Shown here: one piece after another, positions 1-10,166 of the stretch
Layout: every line of letters begins with the position of its first letter
Numbering within the stretch: position 1 is the stretch's first letter
Origin: Flavobacterium sp.
Lineage (GTDB): Bacteria; Bacteroidota; Bacteroidia; Flavobacteriales; Flavobacteriaceae
Reading direction: 5' to 3'
DNA: 57,574 nt
Assembly: GCF_049318185.1 (NCBI RefSeq)
Contig: NZ_JBMOGV010000001.1
Coordinates: forward strand, 1 to 57,574
Position numbers and translations under genes: made by a program
The notes under the pieces: generated by a model
The model's database searches: none
Told to the model about the DNA's origin: nothing
Seen by the model: only the letters and a program-made list of their open reading frames with translations

Positions 1-51
1 CAAATATGACGAAAGTAATCAAAATCTGTTACTAATTTTTTGTTAAAATAG

Positions 52-59
52 TATTTTTG
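52..59 (+). promoter_or_regulatory. Bacteroidota sigma70 -7 box (TATTTTTG)
   Basis: Matches TAnnTTTG, 42 nt upstream of ATG 102. Confidence 0.4.
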
Positions 60-101
60 GTTTGTTGAATTTAATTTATATTAATGTAAATTAGCACTAT
101 C

Positions 102-893
102 ATGAAAAAGTTGATTTATTTTATTTTTATACTTATTAGTATCAATAGTTTTGGTCAAAAACCAATACTGAAAACTATAGCTATAAATTCATTTGGAATT
201 GAATACAAAACCTTTATGGGCTTTGATGGTTTGGGCAACAATTATTATATAAATAATAATGTTTTTAGCAAGCAAAACGACAATCAGATATGGGAATATA
301 AAAACGTGGCTTTAGGGAAAATTACTTCTGTAGATTATGTAAACCCTTTAAAAATAGTCCTTTTTTATGAAGATTTTAATAGTATAATAACACTTGACAA
401 TCAGCTAAATGAAATACAAAAGCTAAATCTTTTTGATATTGACAACACTATTCTTGCTTCTAAAATTGGCATGGCATCACAAAATCAATTTTGGATTTAC
501 AATGCTTTGACACAACAAATAATGTTGTTTGACTACGTCAATTATACTTCAAAAAATATTGGAAATCCTATTCAAGAAAATATAAAATATACACAATCTG
601 ATTTTAATAATTTCTATTGGATAGATGAGACCAACAACTGTTATACTATTGATATTTTCGGGAAACTAACTTTGCTTGCTACTATTCCTGATTTCGAAAA
701 AATTCAAATCATTACTAATGAAAAAATCTTGTTTTTGAAAGACGACACAATGTATTGTTTAAATAACATTACAAAAACTGTCTATAAAATAGAAATTGTT
801 GAGAAATCATTGCAAAATTTTTATTACAAAGACCAAATTTTAGCTATTTTTACCAACCAAGAAATTAAAAATTTTAAATTAAAATTACCATAA
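102..893 (+). CDS. Secreted hypothetical protein (possible beta-propeller-like fold)
   Basis: 263 aa ORF with an N-terminal signal peptide (MKKLIYFIFILISINSFG). The stop overlaps the next start (TAATG). Confidence 0.7.
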   Translation: MKKLIYFIFILISINSFGQKPILKTIAINSFGIEYKTFMGFDGLGNNYYINNNVFSKQNDNQIWEYKNVALGKITSVDYVNPLKIVLFYEDFNSIITLDNQLNEIQKLNLFDIDNTILASKIGMASQNQFWIYNALTQQIMLFDYVNYTSKNIGNPIQENIKYTQSDFNNFYWIDETNNCYTIDIFGKLTLLATIPDFEKIQIITNEKILFLKDDTMYCLNNITKTVYKIEIVEKSLQNFYYKDQILAIFTNQEIKNFKLKLP

Positions 894-1507
894 TGCACAT
901 AGCGGTAGCAGGAAATATAGGAGCAGGAAAGACAACTTTGACAAAATTTTTAGCCAAACATTTTAAGTGGGAACCCCATTTTGAAGATGTAGTTGATAAC
1001 CCATATTTGGATGATTTTTATCATCAAATGGAGCGTTGGTCATTCAACTTACAAATCTATTTTTTAAATTCTCGTTTTCGACAAGTATTGCAAATACGCG
1101 AAAGTGGTAAAAATACCATTCAGGACAGAACGATATATGAAGATGCTAATATATTTGCTCCCAATTTACACGCTATGGGATTAATGACAAATCGTGATTT
1201 CCAAAACTACACTTCTTTATTTGAATTGATGGAAGGATTAGTTGGGGCTCCTGATGTGCTAATATATTTAAGAAGTTCAATTCCCAATTTGGTTTCTCAA
1301 ATTCATAAACGTGGACGTGATTATGAAAACACTATTTCTATTGATTATTTAAGCCGCTTGAACGAGCGTTATGAAGCTTGGATTTCTACTTATGATAAAG
1401 GTAAATTATTAATAATAGATGTTGATAATATAGATTTTGTGAATAACCCCGAAGATTTAGGTATGATTATCAATAGAATTGATGCTGAAATAAACGGATT
1501 GTTTTAA
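893..1507 (+). CDS. Deoxynucleoside kinase
   Basis: P-loop GNIGAGKTT, QDRTIYED motif and lid region IHKRGRDYE of the dCK/dGK family. Confidence 0.92.
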   Translation: MHIAVAGNIGAGKTTLTKFLAKHFKWEPHFEDVVDNPYLDDFYHQMERWSFNLQIYFLNSRFRQVLQIRESGKNTIQDRTIYEDANIFAPNLHAMGLMTNRDFQNYTSLFELMEGLVGAPDVLIYLRSSIPNLVSQIHKRGRDYENTISIDYLSRLNERYEAWISTYDKGKLLIIDVDNIDFVNNPEDLGMIINRIDAEINGLF

Positions 1508-1528
1508 AATATAATCTAATTACTATCA

Positions 1529-1556
1529 AAAATGCCTCACAATTGTGAGGCATTTT
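1529..1556. terminator. Bidirectional intrinsic terminator (28-bp perfect palindrome)
   Basis: AAAATGCCTCACAA|TTGTGAGGCATTTT between convergent dNK and hppA. Confidence 0.85.
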
Positions 1557-1574
1557 AAGTATAAAACGGTATAG

Positions 1575-4007
1575 TTATTTCTTTTCAGAACAACATTCTT
1601 TTTTTCCTTCTTCTTTACATTCTTTTGGATCAATGTATTTTCCGTCAGTTCCATAATGTGATAAGCAAGCTTCTTTTTGCTCTGGGGAACATTTAAGACT
1701 GTCGCACATGGCAGAACATTCCTCTTTTGTCATTGTGGCACATTTACTCATATCACATTTACCCATTATTTCTCGCGAACATTTCATTTCCATTTCTGGC
1801 ATTGAACACTGAGGAATTTCTTTTTTCTCAACACCACTTCCTAAGATAGGAGCGATTACTAATCCAATTAAACAAGTTAATTTAATTAAGATATTCATTG
1901 ATGGTCCCGAAGTATCTTTGAATGGATCTCCAACTGTATCACCAGTTACTGCAGCTTTGTGAGCATCAGAGCCTTTGAACGTCATTTCTCCATTGATTTC
2001 TACACCAGCTTCAAAAGATTTTTTAGCGTTATCCCAAGCACCACCGGCATTGTTTTGGAACACAGCCCAAAGTACACCCGAAACAGTAACTCCGGCCATA
2101 TAGCCTCCTAACATTTCCGCGATTAGTTGGTTGTTGTCTCCGTAAACTAATTTACCCAACAACACAATGGCTATAGGAAAACCAATAGTCATAACACCAG
2201 GCAACATCATTTCACGTAATGCCGCTTTTGTAGAAATTTCAACACATTTCCCATATTCTGGTTTACCAGTTCCTTCCATAATACCCGGAATTTCTTTGAA
2301 TTGACGACGCACTTCATATACCATATCCATTGCGGCTTTACCCACAGAATTCATTGCCAAAGCAGAGAATACAACTGGAATCATTCCTCCAATAAACAAC
2401 ATTGCTAATACAGGAGCTTTAAAGATATTAATCCCGTCAATTCCTGTAAATGTTACATACGCAGCAAATAAAGCTAATGAAGTTAAGGCAGCAGAAGCAA
2501 TAGCGAAACCTTTTCCTGTTGCAGCGGTTGTGTTTCCTACTGAATCTAAAATATCTGTTCTTGTACGAACTTCTTTAGGTAATTCACTCATTTCAGCAAT
2601 TCCGCCTGCATTATCAGAAATTGGACCGAAAGCATCGATTGCCAATTGCATTGCTGTTGTTGCCATCATTGCAGAAGCAGCAAGAGCAACACCATAAAAT
2701 CCTGCTAAAGCATAAGAAGTCCAGATTGCCGCGGCAAATAAAATTACCGTCGGGAAGGTAGAAATCATTCCTGTTGCCAAACCAGCAATTACGTTAGTTC
2801 CAGCTCCTGTTGATGATTTTTGTACAATAGCCAAAACTGGTTTTGTACCTAAACCTGTGTAATATTCTGTTACAGATGAAATAGCACCACCAACAACTAG
2901 ACCCACTAAAGTAGCATAGAAAACTCTCATCGAAGAGATTTGTTGCGCACCTTCGCCGAAGAATTCCATTGTCATTATGGAAGGCAACATTAAATCAACT
3001 AGAAAGTAACAAGCAATGGCTGTTAATGCTATAGAAAGCCAGTTTCCAATGTTTAGTGCTTTTTGAACTTGTGCTTCTTTCGCATTATCGTCAGAGATTC
3101 TAACAACCAATGTTCCAATAATAGAGAATAATATTCCAAAACCAGCAATCGACATTGGCAGTAAAATTGGTCCTATTCCACCGAATGCATCTTGAATGTT
3201 ACCACCCATATCTTTAATTACATAGTTCCCAAGAACCATTGCGGCAAGAACAGTTGCAACATAAGAACCAAATAAATCAGCACCCATTCCGGCAACGTCA
3301 CCAACGTTATCTCCTACGTTATCTGCAATTGTTGCAGGGTTACGTGGATCATCCTCAGGAATACCAGCTTCAACTTTCCCAACTAAATCAGCACCTACAT
3401 CAGCTGCTTTTGTATAAATACCACCACCAACACGCGCAAACAAAGCAATAGATTCAGCTCCAAGAGAGAAACCAGCTAATGTTTCTAGAACGATAGTCAT
3501 ATCTTCAGTCGAAGTCCATGATCCTTTCATGAAAATTTGGAAGAATATTATAAAGAAACCTGTTAACCCTAAAACTGCCAGACCAGCAACACCCAATCCC
3601 ATAACTGTTCCACCACCAAAAGAGACTTTTAATGCTTGTGGTAAACTAGCACGAGCAGCTTGTGTAGTTCTAACATTAGTTTTGGTAGCAATTTTCATCC
3701 CCATGTTTCCTGCTAAAGCAGAAAAGAAAGCCCCGAAAACAAAAGCGACAACAATTAAAATATCTGTTTTAACACCTGGTATAAAAGTAATACCTGCTAA
3801 CACAACACTTGCAATAATAACAAATACAGCTAATAATCTATATTCTGCTTTTAGGAATGCTAAGGCACCTTCATAGATATAGTCTGAAATCTCTTTCATT
3901 TTTCCGTCTCCGGCATCTTGTTTTAAAACCCAAGATCTTTTGATAGCCATAAAAGCCAATCCTATCAATGCCATAAGTATCGGCACATAAATCATCATTG
4001 ATTCCAT
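1575..4007 (-). CDS. hppA: K+-dependent membrane-bound ion-translocating pyrophosphatase with a Cys-rich C-terminal tail
   Basis: Motifs [26 protein letters not shown] (Ala at the K+-dependence site) and [10 protein letters not shown]. Start moved to ATG 4007 (MESMMIY) because a -7 box lies at 4041-4048. Confidence 0.95.
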   Translation of the reverse strand: MESMMIYVPILMALIGLAFMAIKRSWVLKQDAGDGKMKEISDYIYEGALAFLKAEYRLLAVFVIIASVVLAGITFIPGVKTDILIVVAFVFGAFFSALAGNMGMKIATKTNVRTTQAARASLPQALKVSFGGGTVMGLGVAGLAVLGLTGFFIIFFQIFMKGSWTSTEDMTIVLETLAGFSLGAESIALFARVGGGIYTKAADVGADLVGKVEAGIPEDDPRNPATIADNVGDNVGDVAGMGADLFGSYVATVLAAMVLGNYVIKDMGGNIQDAFGGIGPILLPMSIAGFGILFSIIGTLVVRISDDNAKEAQVQKALNIGNWLSIALTAIACYFLVDLMLPSIMTMEFFGEGAQQISSMRVFYATLVGLVVGGAISSVTEYYTGLGTKPVLAIVQKSSTGAGTNVIAGLATGMISTFPTVILFAAAIWTSYALAGFYGVALAASAMMATTAMQLAIDAFGPISDNAGGIAEMSELPKEVRTRTDILDSVGNTTAATGKGFAIASAALTSLALFAAYVTFTGIDGINIFKAPVLAMLFIGGMIPVVFSALAMNSVGKAAMDMVYEVRRQFKEIPGIMEGTGKPEYGKCVEISTKAALREMMLPGVMTIGFPIAIVLLGKLVYGDNNQLIAEMLGGYMAGVTVSGVLWAVFQNNAGGAWDNAKKSFEAGVEINGEMTFKGSDAHKAAVTGDTVGDPFKDTSGPSMNILIKLTCLIGLVIAPILGSGVEKKEIPQCSMPEMEMKCSREIMGKCDMSKCATMTKEECSAMCDSLKCSPEQKEACLSHYGTDGKYIDPKECKEEGKKECCSEKK

Positions 4008-4040
4008 AATTATAATTTTAGTTATAAATTTTATCGGGGG

Positions 4041-4048
4041 CAAAAATA
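4041..4048 (-). promoter_or_regulatory. -7 box TATTTTTG for hppA
   Basis: CAAAAATA on the + strand, 33 nt before the proposed start. Confidence 0.65.
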
Positions 4049-4434
4049 GCAAAAATTTAAGAATTAATACAAGATGTTTAAGTTTATAAAAAACAAAACT
4101 CCTAAATTAGTATAGTTGTTTGAATTTTATTTCTCTTTTTTTAAATAATAATGCCATAATATATAAGAAGCTTAGATTCGATATGGTTTCTAATTTATTG
4201 CCATTTATTCAATTGTGTGAATGTCATATGATTCTTTGATTGTGTTTTTATGGCTACATTATCAAGAAATATATCTAGAATTTATGATAGGAATTAAAGC
4301 CCCCATTGAAATTAAATTTTATTTCAAATACTCCTTATCTTATCTAATTTCTATACTGTTTTAGATAAATAGCTATCAAAAATGATTTACTTGTTTAGAA
4401 TTTTTTCAGGTAGAAAAAATACGATTACCGCATT

Positions 4435-6924
4435 TTAGAAATAAAATCCAAAAGAACCTTTAATGGTAAAGTTACTAGTATCCGGCAAGTCTCTGTAATT
4501 CGCTCGCCAAGCAAAATCAATACGGAAAACTTTAAAAATATTTCCAACTCCAGCGCTATATTCCCAATAGGGCCTTTCTGGAGCTTTATAAATCAAACCA
4601 GAGGCATTAATGGCTTTATTTTCGTCAGAAACGGTACCGTAAACTCCTTTAACTCCAACAATCTCTCTAAGGTTAAGTTTTCTTAAACCTGGAATTCTTG
4701 CAAATATTTTTCCATTGAAATTGTGTTCCCATTGAAAAGTAGCATATTGGTCGGTTATAAATTCATAGAAGTTAAGATTGTTGAATGTATTATCAATTAT
4801 AAAATAGGTTTGATTTCCTGGGACAATACTCATCAAACCTAATGGAATTTTTCCAAATGTTTTTCCTAATTCCATCGTGAAATTGGAACGCCCTATTGCC
4901 CCAATAATGATAGGTTGTTTGTAGTACAATTGTAGTTTTTGATAATCAAAATCACTATTGATAAATCCTTTGAAACCTTGACTATAATTGATAAAAAATC
5001 TACTGTATGGGCTATCAATATCTCTTCGTTCAACACCATATCCAATAGTTTTTTTCTTTGGTGTAAATTCCACTTGAAGATTTAACTCTGATTGTTTTAC
5101 TTCACTTTTTGAAGTGGTCAAAGTAGTATCTAAATAATAATCTAGCTTAAACGTATCTGATGCAGACTCCAAAGTTCGATAAGAAAATCCTAGTTGGAAA
5201 GTTAGATTTTTGATTGGTTCAATTTCAATTGCTAAAGCACTTAAATTAATGTTAGTAAGTTTTCCGTTAGCACCTGTTGTAAAAAGTCCTGAGGAAGCAT
5301 AACTTCTTCCCAAAACATCATTGGTAGTGGTTAAACTTGCACCAATTTGTTCAACATCACGTCTATTACCCCCTGAAATGACAATTCTATTTTTTTTATC
5401 AATCATCCATTTTCCTGAAGCACCATATTTGAATTTATTATCTTCAAATCCATAGGCTGTGTATCCTTGTAAACGCCACAAATCATTAGGCCCAAAATAG
5501 GTTCTCCCTCCTGCTCTAAGTCGGACTCCTTCAACTTCATTATAACCAATGGTAGAAAAAATTGGGCCGTAATCAAAATGACCGAACTGTATATATCCGC
5601 TACCCAAAATGGAAACCAAATTATATATTTGTTTAAAACGTTTTACTGTCTTAAGCGTATCAATCATTTTATAAATTTTCACCTCATCTTTATTCAATTT
5701 TTCAAAACGGTTTTCTTCCCAATAGTCATTAGATTTATTGTAAACTGAGTTATCTATATAATTGACTTCATCTTTATAAAACTTTTCAGATTTCTTTTCA
5801 TTAAACTTAAAATTTCTGTACAAAGTGGTTCGTTTTCCATAAACTCCTTTTGATTCTTCTTTCTTTCTTAATGCAAAGTCAGACATCATATAATCTCGAG
5901 TTGGAAGAAAAACAGAATCGTTTAAAACATCAAATTCTTGTTCTAAATAAATATCTTTTACCCAATTTATATTAGCGCTTTTAGTAATTGCCATATTAAT
6001 TTTTTTAATAGCAAATGTTGAGTCATTTACCCAAAAATCCCCTTTAAAAGTCAACTCATTTTTCCTTCTTGGATAAAACACAATATTATAGCACCATTTA
6101 TTATCTATAAAAGCTGTATCCGCTAAGACATAATTATATACATCTATACCTGTTCTCGATAATGGACTGGTAAAACTCTTGTCGAAGAAATTCAAATAAT
6201 TGTCATAAATATCAAAATCATTATACAAATCTTTAATGAAAACATTAACTCCATCACCATTTCCAATTCCTGAATTTTTGTTAGCTTTCAGTATCTCTTT
6301 AGTTTTTTTAGTTTCATTATCTCCATATAATTCGGTGAGAGATTCATTGATAAAAATAGGTAAATAAGTTTTTCCTGTTACTCTAGAAGTATCGATGCTC
6401 TTGAAAACAAACTCCATTCCTTTGAAAATTTTACTTTTCATAAAGGCACTATCTATTGTATTCATATCAAACTCAACTTTTTCATATTTATCATATTGGT
6501 ATTGTTTGAACATTTTTAAACCATTTTTTCTTCTTCTTTCCCAAATCTTTCTCAAAATATCCAAAGCCGGATTATTCTTTTTGGAAGTTTTTCCAGCAAA
6601 AATCTTTACTTCTTTTAAAGAATTCCCTTCTTTCAGCACAACTTTAAAATTATAATTTACCAAACTAGGGAGTTTCACTTCTTTATCTGGAAATCCAACA
6701 AAAGACACGACCAATGCCGAATAATTTTCAGGGGATTCTATATAGAAACGACCATCTTCATTCGAAACAACTCCTGTTTTTGAACCTTTAAAAACAACAT
6801 TAGCATAGGGCACTGGTTGATTGGAATTATCAACCACAATTCCGCTAACTTTTGTCTGAGCAGAAAGACTAATCACAAAAACAAAGAGGAATATAATATG
6901 TGGAAATATCTTTTTCATGGGCAT
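4435..6924 (-). CDS. Outer membrane protein with carboxypeptidase-regulatory-like N-domain and DUF5686
   Basis: Signal peptide; N-domain pattern VSGIVVD...PVPYANV...SFVGF; C-terminal barrel signature SFGFYF. The start may be 6918. Confidence 0.8.
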   Translation of the reverse strand: MPMKKIFPHIIFLFVFVISLSAQTKVSGIVVDNSNQPVPYANVVFKGSKTGVVSNEDGRFYIESPENYSALVVSFVGFPDKEVKLPSLVNYNFKVVLKEGNSLKEVKIFAGKTSKKNNPALDILRKIWERRRKNGLKMFKQYQYDKYEKVEFDMNTIDSAFMKSKIFKGMEFVFKSIDTSRVTGKTYLPIFINESLTELYGDNETKKTKEILKANKNSGIGNGDGVNVFIKDLYNDFDIYDNYLNFFDKSFTSPLSRTGIDVYNYVLADTAFIDNKWCYNIVFYPRRKNELTFKGDFWVNDSTFAIKKINMAITKSANINWVKDIYLEQEFDVLNDSVFLPTRDYMMSDFALRKKEESKGVYGKRTTLYRNFKFNEKKSEKFYKDEVNYIDNSVYNKSNDYWEENRFEKLNKDEVKIYKMIDTLKTVKRFKQIYNLVSILGSGYIQFGHFDYGPIFSTIGYNEVEGVRLRAGGRTYFGPNDLWRLQGYTAYGFEDNKFKYGASGKWMIDKKNRIVISGGNRRDVEQIGASLTTTNDVLGRSYASSGLFTTGANGKLTNINLSALAIEIEPIKNLTFQLGFSYRTLESASDTFKLDYYLDTTLTTSKSEVKQSELNLQVEFTPKKKTIGYGVERRDIDSPYSRFFINYSQGFKGFINSDFDYQKLQLYYKQPIIIGAIGRSNFTMELGKTFGKIPLGLMSIVPGNQTYFIIDNTFNNLNFYEFITDQYATFQWEHNFNGKIFARIPGLRKLNLREIVGVKGVYGTVSDENKAINASGLIYKAPERPYWEYSAGVGNIFKVFRIDFAWRANYRDLPDTSNFTIKGSFGFYF

Positions 6925-6959
6925 AAAAAAACTTCATCAATAAAGGATTGATGAAGTTT
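6925..6959 (-). terminator. Intrinsic terminator after pdhB
   Basis: AAACTTCATCAAT-aaagg-ATTGATGAAGTTT with a U-tract on the - strand. Confidence 0.75.
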
Positions 6960-6967
6960 CAAATATA
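6960..6967 (-). promoter_or_regulatory. -7 box TATATTTG for the DUF5686 gene
   Basis: Perfect TAnnTTTG abutting the terminator stem. Confidence 0.6.
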
Positions 6968-6979
6968 GGTAAATTTATA

Positions 6980-7957
6980 TTATTTGTAAGTTACTTTTTT
7001 TACAGCTTTGATAACATCTTGTGCGTTTGGCAACCATTCTTTCAATAAAGTTGGTGAATAGGGCGCTGGAGTATCAGCCGTTGTAATTCTTTGAATTGGA
7101 GCATCCAAATAATCAAAAGCTCTTTCTTGAACCATGTAAGTTATTTCAGAAGCCACACTAGCAAATGGCCATGCTTCTTCTAATACTACTAATCGATTTG
7201 TTTTTTTTACTGAATTGATAATCGCATCATAATCCATTGGTCGAACGGTTCTCAAATCAATAATTTCGCAAGAAATTCCTGCTGCAGCTAATTCATCAGC
7301 TGCAATAAAAGCTTCTTTGATAATTTTTCCAAAAGAAACAATAGTTACATCTGTTCCTTGTCTTTTTATATCAGCTACACCAAGTGGAATGGTATATTCT
7401 CCTTCAGGCACTTCCCCTTTATCACCATACATTTGTTCAGATTCCATGAAAATAACTGGATCATTATCACGAATTGCAGCTTTCAACAATCCTTTGGCAT
7501 CATAAACTGTTGATGGAACAACAACTTTCAAACCTGGCGTATTAGCAAACCAGTTTTCAAAAGCCTGTGAGTGTGTTGCTCCTAATTGTCCAGCAGAAGC
7601 TGTTGGCCCTCTAAAAACCATAGGCATAGGAAATTGACCAGCAGACATTTGGCGCATTTTTGCTGCGTTATTTATAATTTGATCAATACCAACTAATGAG
7701 AAGTTAAAAGTCATGTATTCAACAATAGGGCGACAACCATTCATTGCTGAACCAACAGCAATTCCAGCAAAACCAAGTTCGGCTATAGGAGTATCAATAA
7801 CTCTTTTAGAGCCAAATTCATCAAGCATTCCTTTAGATGCTTTGTAAGCACCATTATATTCGGCTACTTCTTCACCCATTAAATATACTGATTCATCGCG
7901 ACGCATTTCTTCACTCATTGCCTCACAAATAGCTTCTCTAAATTGTATTGTTCTCAT
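6980..7957 (-). CDS. pdhB: Pyruvate dehydrogenase E1 beta subunit
   Basis: GEEVAEYNGAYK, DTPIAELGF, ATHSQ and IDLRTVRP motifs. Confidence 0.95.
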   Translation of the reverse strand: MRTIQFREAICEAMSEEMRRDESVYLMGEEVAEYNGAYKASKGMLDEFGSKRVIDTPIAELGFAGIAVGSAMNGCRPIVEYMTFNFSLVGIDQIINNAAKMRQMSAGQFPMPMVFRGPTASAGQLGATHSQAFENWFANTPGLKVVVPSTVYDAKGLLKAAIRDNDPVIFMESEQMYGDKGEVPEGEYTIPLGVADIKRQGTDVTIVSFGKIIKEAFIAADELAAAGISCEIIDLRTVRPMDYDAIINSVKKTNRLVVLEEAWPFASVASEITYMVQERAFDYLDAPIQRITTADTPAPYSPTLLKEWLPNAQDVIKAVKKVTYK

Positions 7958-7990
7958 TGTATGATTAAGTTACTTTCAAATTTTGAAAGG

Positions 7991-7998
7991 CAAAAATA
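7991..7998 (-). promoter_or_regulatory. -7 box TATTTTTG for pdhB
   Basis: CAAAAATA on the + strand, 33 nt upstream of the start. Confidence 0.6.
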
Positions 7999-8197
7999 AA
8001 AATTTAAAATGATTAAAAAACATTTATTGCCTTTAATTAATAGACTTTAGAAAAGACTTTGTTTATAAAATAAAATTAATCAATTTAACATGCACTACGA
8101 AATCGATTGAAATTTGAAAATATGTTATGCGCGCATATAAAAATTAGAAATATATTTTATACTTTTACACTCAGAAAATATACTTAATATAACAATA

Positions 8198-8944
8198 ATG
8201 AAAATATTAGTTTGCATCAGCCATGTGCCTGATACTACTTCAAAAATCAACTTCATCAGTGGTGATTCTGAGTTTGATTCCAATGGAGTTCAATTTGTTA
8301 TTAATCCTAATGACGAATTTGGATTAACTAGAGCCATTTGGTTTCAAGAACAACAAGGCGCTAATGTAACTGTGGTAAATGTAGGTGGTGCAGATACCGA
8401 ACCAACTTTAAGAAAAGCTCTAGCGATTGGTGCTAATGAAGCAATCAGAGTTAATGCAACTCCAACAGATGGTTTTTTTGTAGCAAAACAATTAGCCCAA
8501 GTCGTTAAGAATGGCAATTATGACTTAGTAATCTGTGGTAAAGAATCCCTAGATTATAATGGAGGAATGGTACCAGGAATGTTAGCAGCATTATTAAATT
8601 TTAATTTTGTGAATTCTTGTACCGAACTTACTGTTGACGGAACTTCCGCAAAAGCATCCAGAGAAATTGACGGAGGAAAAGAAATAATTTCAGCTTCATT
8701 GCCCTTAATAATTGGTGGTCAAAAAGGAATAGTTGAAGAAAAAGATTTGAGAATTCCAAACATGAGAGGAATTATGACAGCGAGAACTAAAGTATTAACT
8801 GTACTTGAACCGGTTGCTGCAAACAATAATACAAAAGCAGTAAAATTTGAAAAACCAGCGCCAAAATCAGCTGTGAAATTATTTTCTGCAGATGATTTAG
8901 ACGGACTAATAAATGCATTACACAACGAAGCAAAAGTTATTTAA
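8198..8944 (+). CDS. etfB: Electron transfer flavoprotein beta subunit
   Basis: MKILVCISHVPD, INPNDE, LAIGA, CGKESLD and REIDGG motifs. Confidence 0.95.
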   Translation: MKILVCISHVPDTTSKINFISGDSEFDSNGVQFVINPNDEFGLTRAIWFQEQQGANVTVVNVGGADTEPTLRKALAIGANEAIRVNATPTDGFFVAKQLAQVVKNGNYDLVICGKESLDYNGGMVPGMLAALLNFNFVNSCTELTVDGTSAKASREIDGGKEIISASLPLIIGGQKGIVEEKDLRIPNMRGIMTARTKVLTVLEPVAANNNTKAVKFEKPAPKSAVKLFSADDLDGLINALHNEAKVI

Positions 8945-8989
8945 AAACCAGATTTAATATTAACGATTTTTGAATGCTGTTTGCTAAAA

Positions 8990-9022
8990 AAATCTTAAAT
9001 CTTAAATCTTAAATCTTAAATC
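8990..9022 (+). repeat. Heptamer tandem repeat (AAATCTT)x4.7
   Basis: Four perfect copies plus AAATC, ending 3 nt before the etfA ATG. Confidence 0.9.
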
Positions 9023-9025
9023 AAT

Positions 9026-9994
9026 ATGTCAATATTAATATACGCAGAATCCGCAGACGGAAAATTCAAAAAAGTTGCCTTTGAATTAGCTTCATATGCC
9101 AAAAAAGTTGCCGAATCTTTAGGCACAACTGTTACCGCAGTGACTGTAAATGCTCGAAATATTTCCGAGTTATCAAAATATGGTGTAGATAAAGTTTTAA
9201 AAGTGTCTAACGACAAACTATCAAATTTTAATGTTAAAGCCTATGCAGACATTATCAAACAAGCGGCTCAAAAAGAAAGTGCTAAAGTAATTTTACTTTC
9301 TTCAACAACCGATAGTTTGTATTTGGCTCCTTTTGTTGCCGTTGGTTTAGAGGCAGGATTTGCATCAAATGTGGTTGGATTACCTCTATCAACTTTACCA
9401 TTCCAAGTAAAGAGAACTGCTTTTTCAAACAAAGCATTTAACATAACCGAAATTTCTACTGAAGTAAAAGTACTAAGTCTGGCTAAAAATTCTTATGGTG
9501 TTTTTGAAAATACTTCATCTGCTAACGAAGAAGATTTTACTCCAAGTTTAAACGATGGTGATTTTAATGTAATAGTAGAATCAGTAGAAAAGTCAACCGG
9601 AAAAGTAACCATTGCTGATGCTGATGTTGTAGTCTCTGGTGGTCGTGGATTAAAAGGGCCAGAAAATTGGGGAATATTAGAAGAATTAGCTTCTGTGCTT
9701 GGCGCAGCAACTGCTTGTTCAAAACCAGTTTCTGATTTAGGCTGGCGTCCACATAGCGAGCACGTTGGTCAAACAGGTAAACCAGTTGCAACAAACTTAT
9801 ATGTAGCCATAGGAATATCTGGTGCTATACAACATATTGCGGGAGTTAATTCCTCAAAAATAAAAGTAGTTATCAATTCTGATGCTGACGCACCCTTTTT
9901 TAAAGTAGCCGATTATGGTATAGTAGGTGATGCTTTTGATATCGTTCCAAGATTAACACAAAAACTAAAGGAGTTTAAATCACAAAACGCCTAA
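9026..9994 (+). CDS. etfA: Electron transfer flavoprotein alpha subunit
   Basis: VVSGGRG, VGQTGK and LYVAIGISGAIQHIAG FAD-binding motifs. Confidence 0.96.
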   Translation: MSILIYAESADGKFKKVAFELASYAKKVAESLGTTVTAVTVNARNISELSKYGVDKVLKVSNDKLSNFNVKAYADIIKQAAQKESAKVILLSSTTDSLYLAPFVAVGLEAGFASNVVGLPLSTLPFQVKRTAFSNKAFNITEISTEVKVLSLAKNSYGVFENTSSANEEDFTPSLNDGDFNVIVESVEKSTGKVTIADADVVVSGGRGLKGPENWGILEELASVLGAATACSKPVSDLGWRPHSEHVGQTGKPVATNLYVAIGISGAIQHIAGVNSSKIKVVINSDADAPFFKVADYGIVGDAFDIVPRLTQKLKEFKSQNA

Positions 9995-10015
9995 ACCAAT
10001 ATAGTAATCCAAACT

Positions 10016-10057
10016 AAGGGCCATCTGAAATTTTAATTTTCTGATGGCTCTTTTTTT
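10016..10057 (+). terminator. Intrinsic terminator after etfA
   Basis: AAGGGCCATC...GATGGCTCTT stem followed by a T7 run. Confidence 0.7.
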
Positions 10058-10166
10058 ATGTAATCCAATTCTAAAAGCAAAAAGTTTTTGTTACTTTGCA
10101 TTGCGTTTAATAAGATCTAAATTAGAGTCTTGATACCCAGTAATCAATTCTTGACAAAAGAAAAAT

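Noticed and set aside
1529-1556. 28-bp perfect palindrome as an operator or recombination site
   Set aside because: Its position between convergent stops and its A/T tails are fully explained by a bidirectional terminator.
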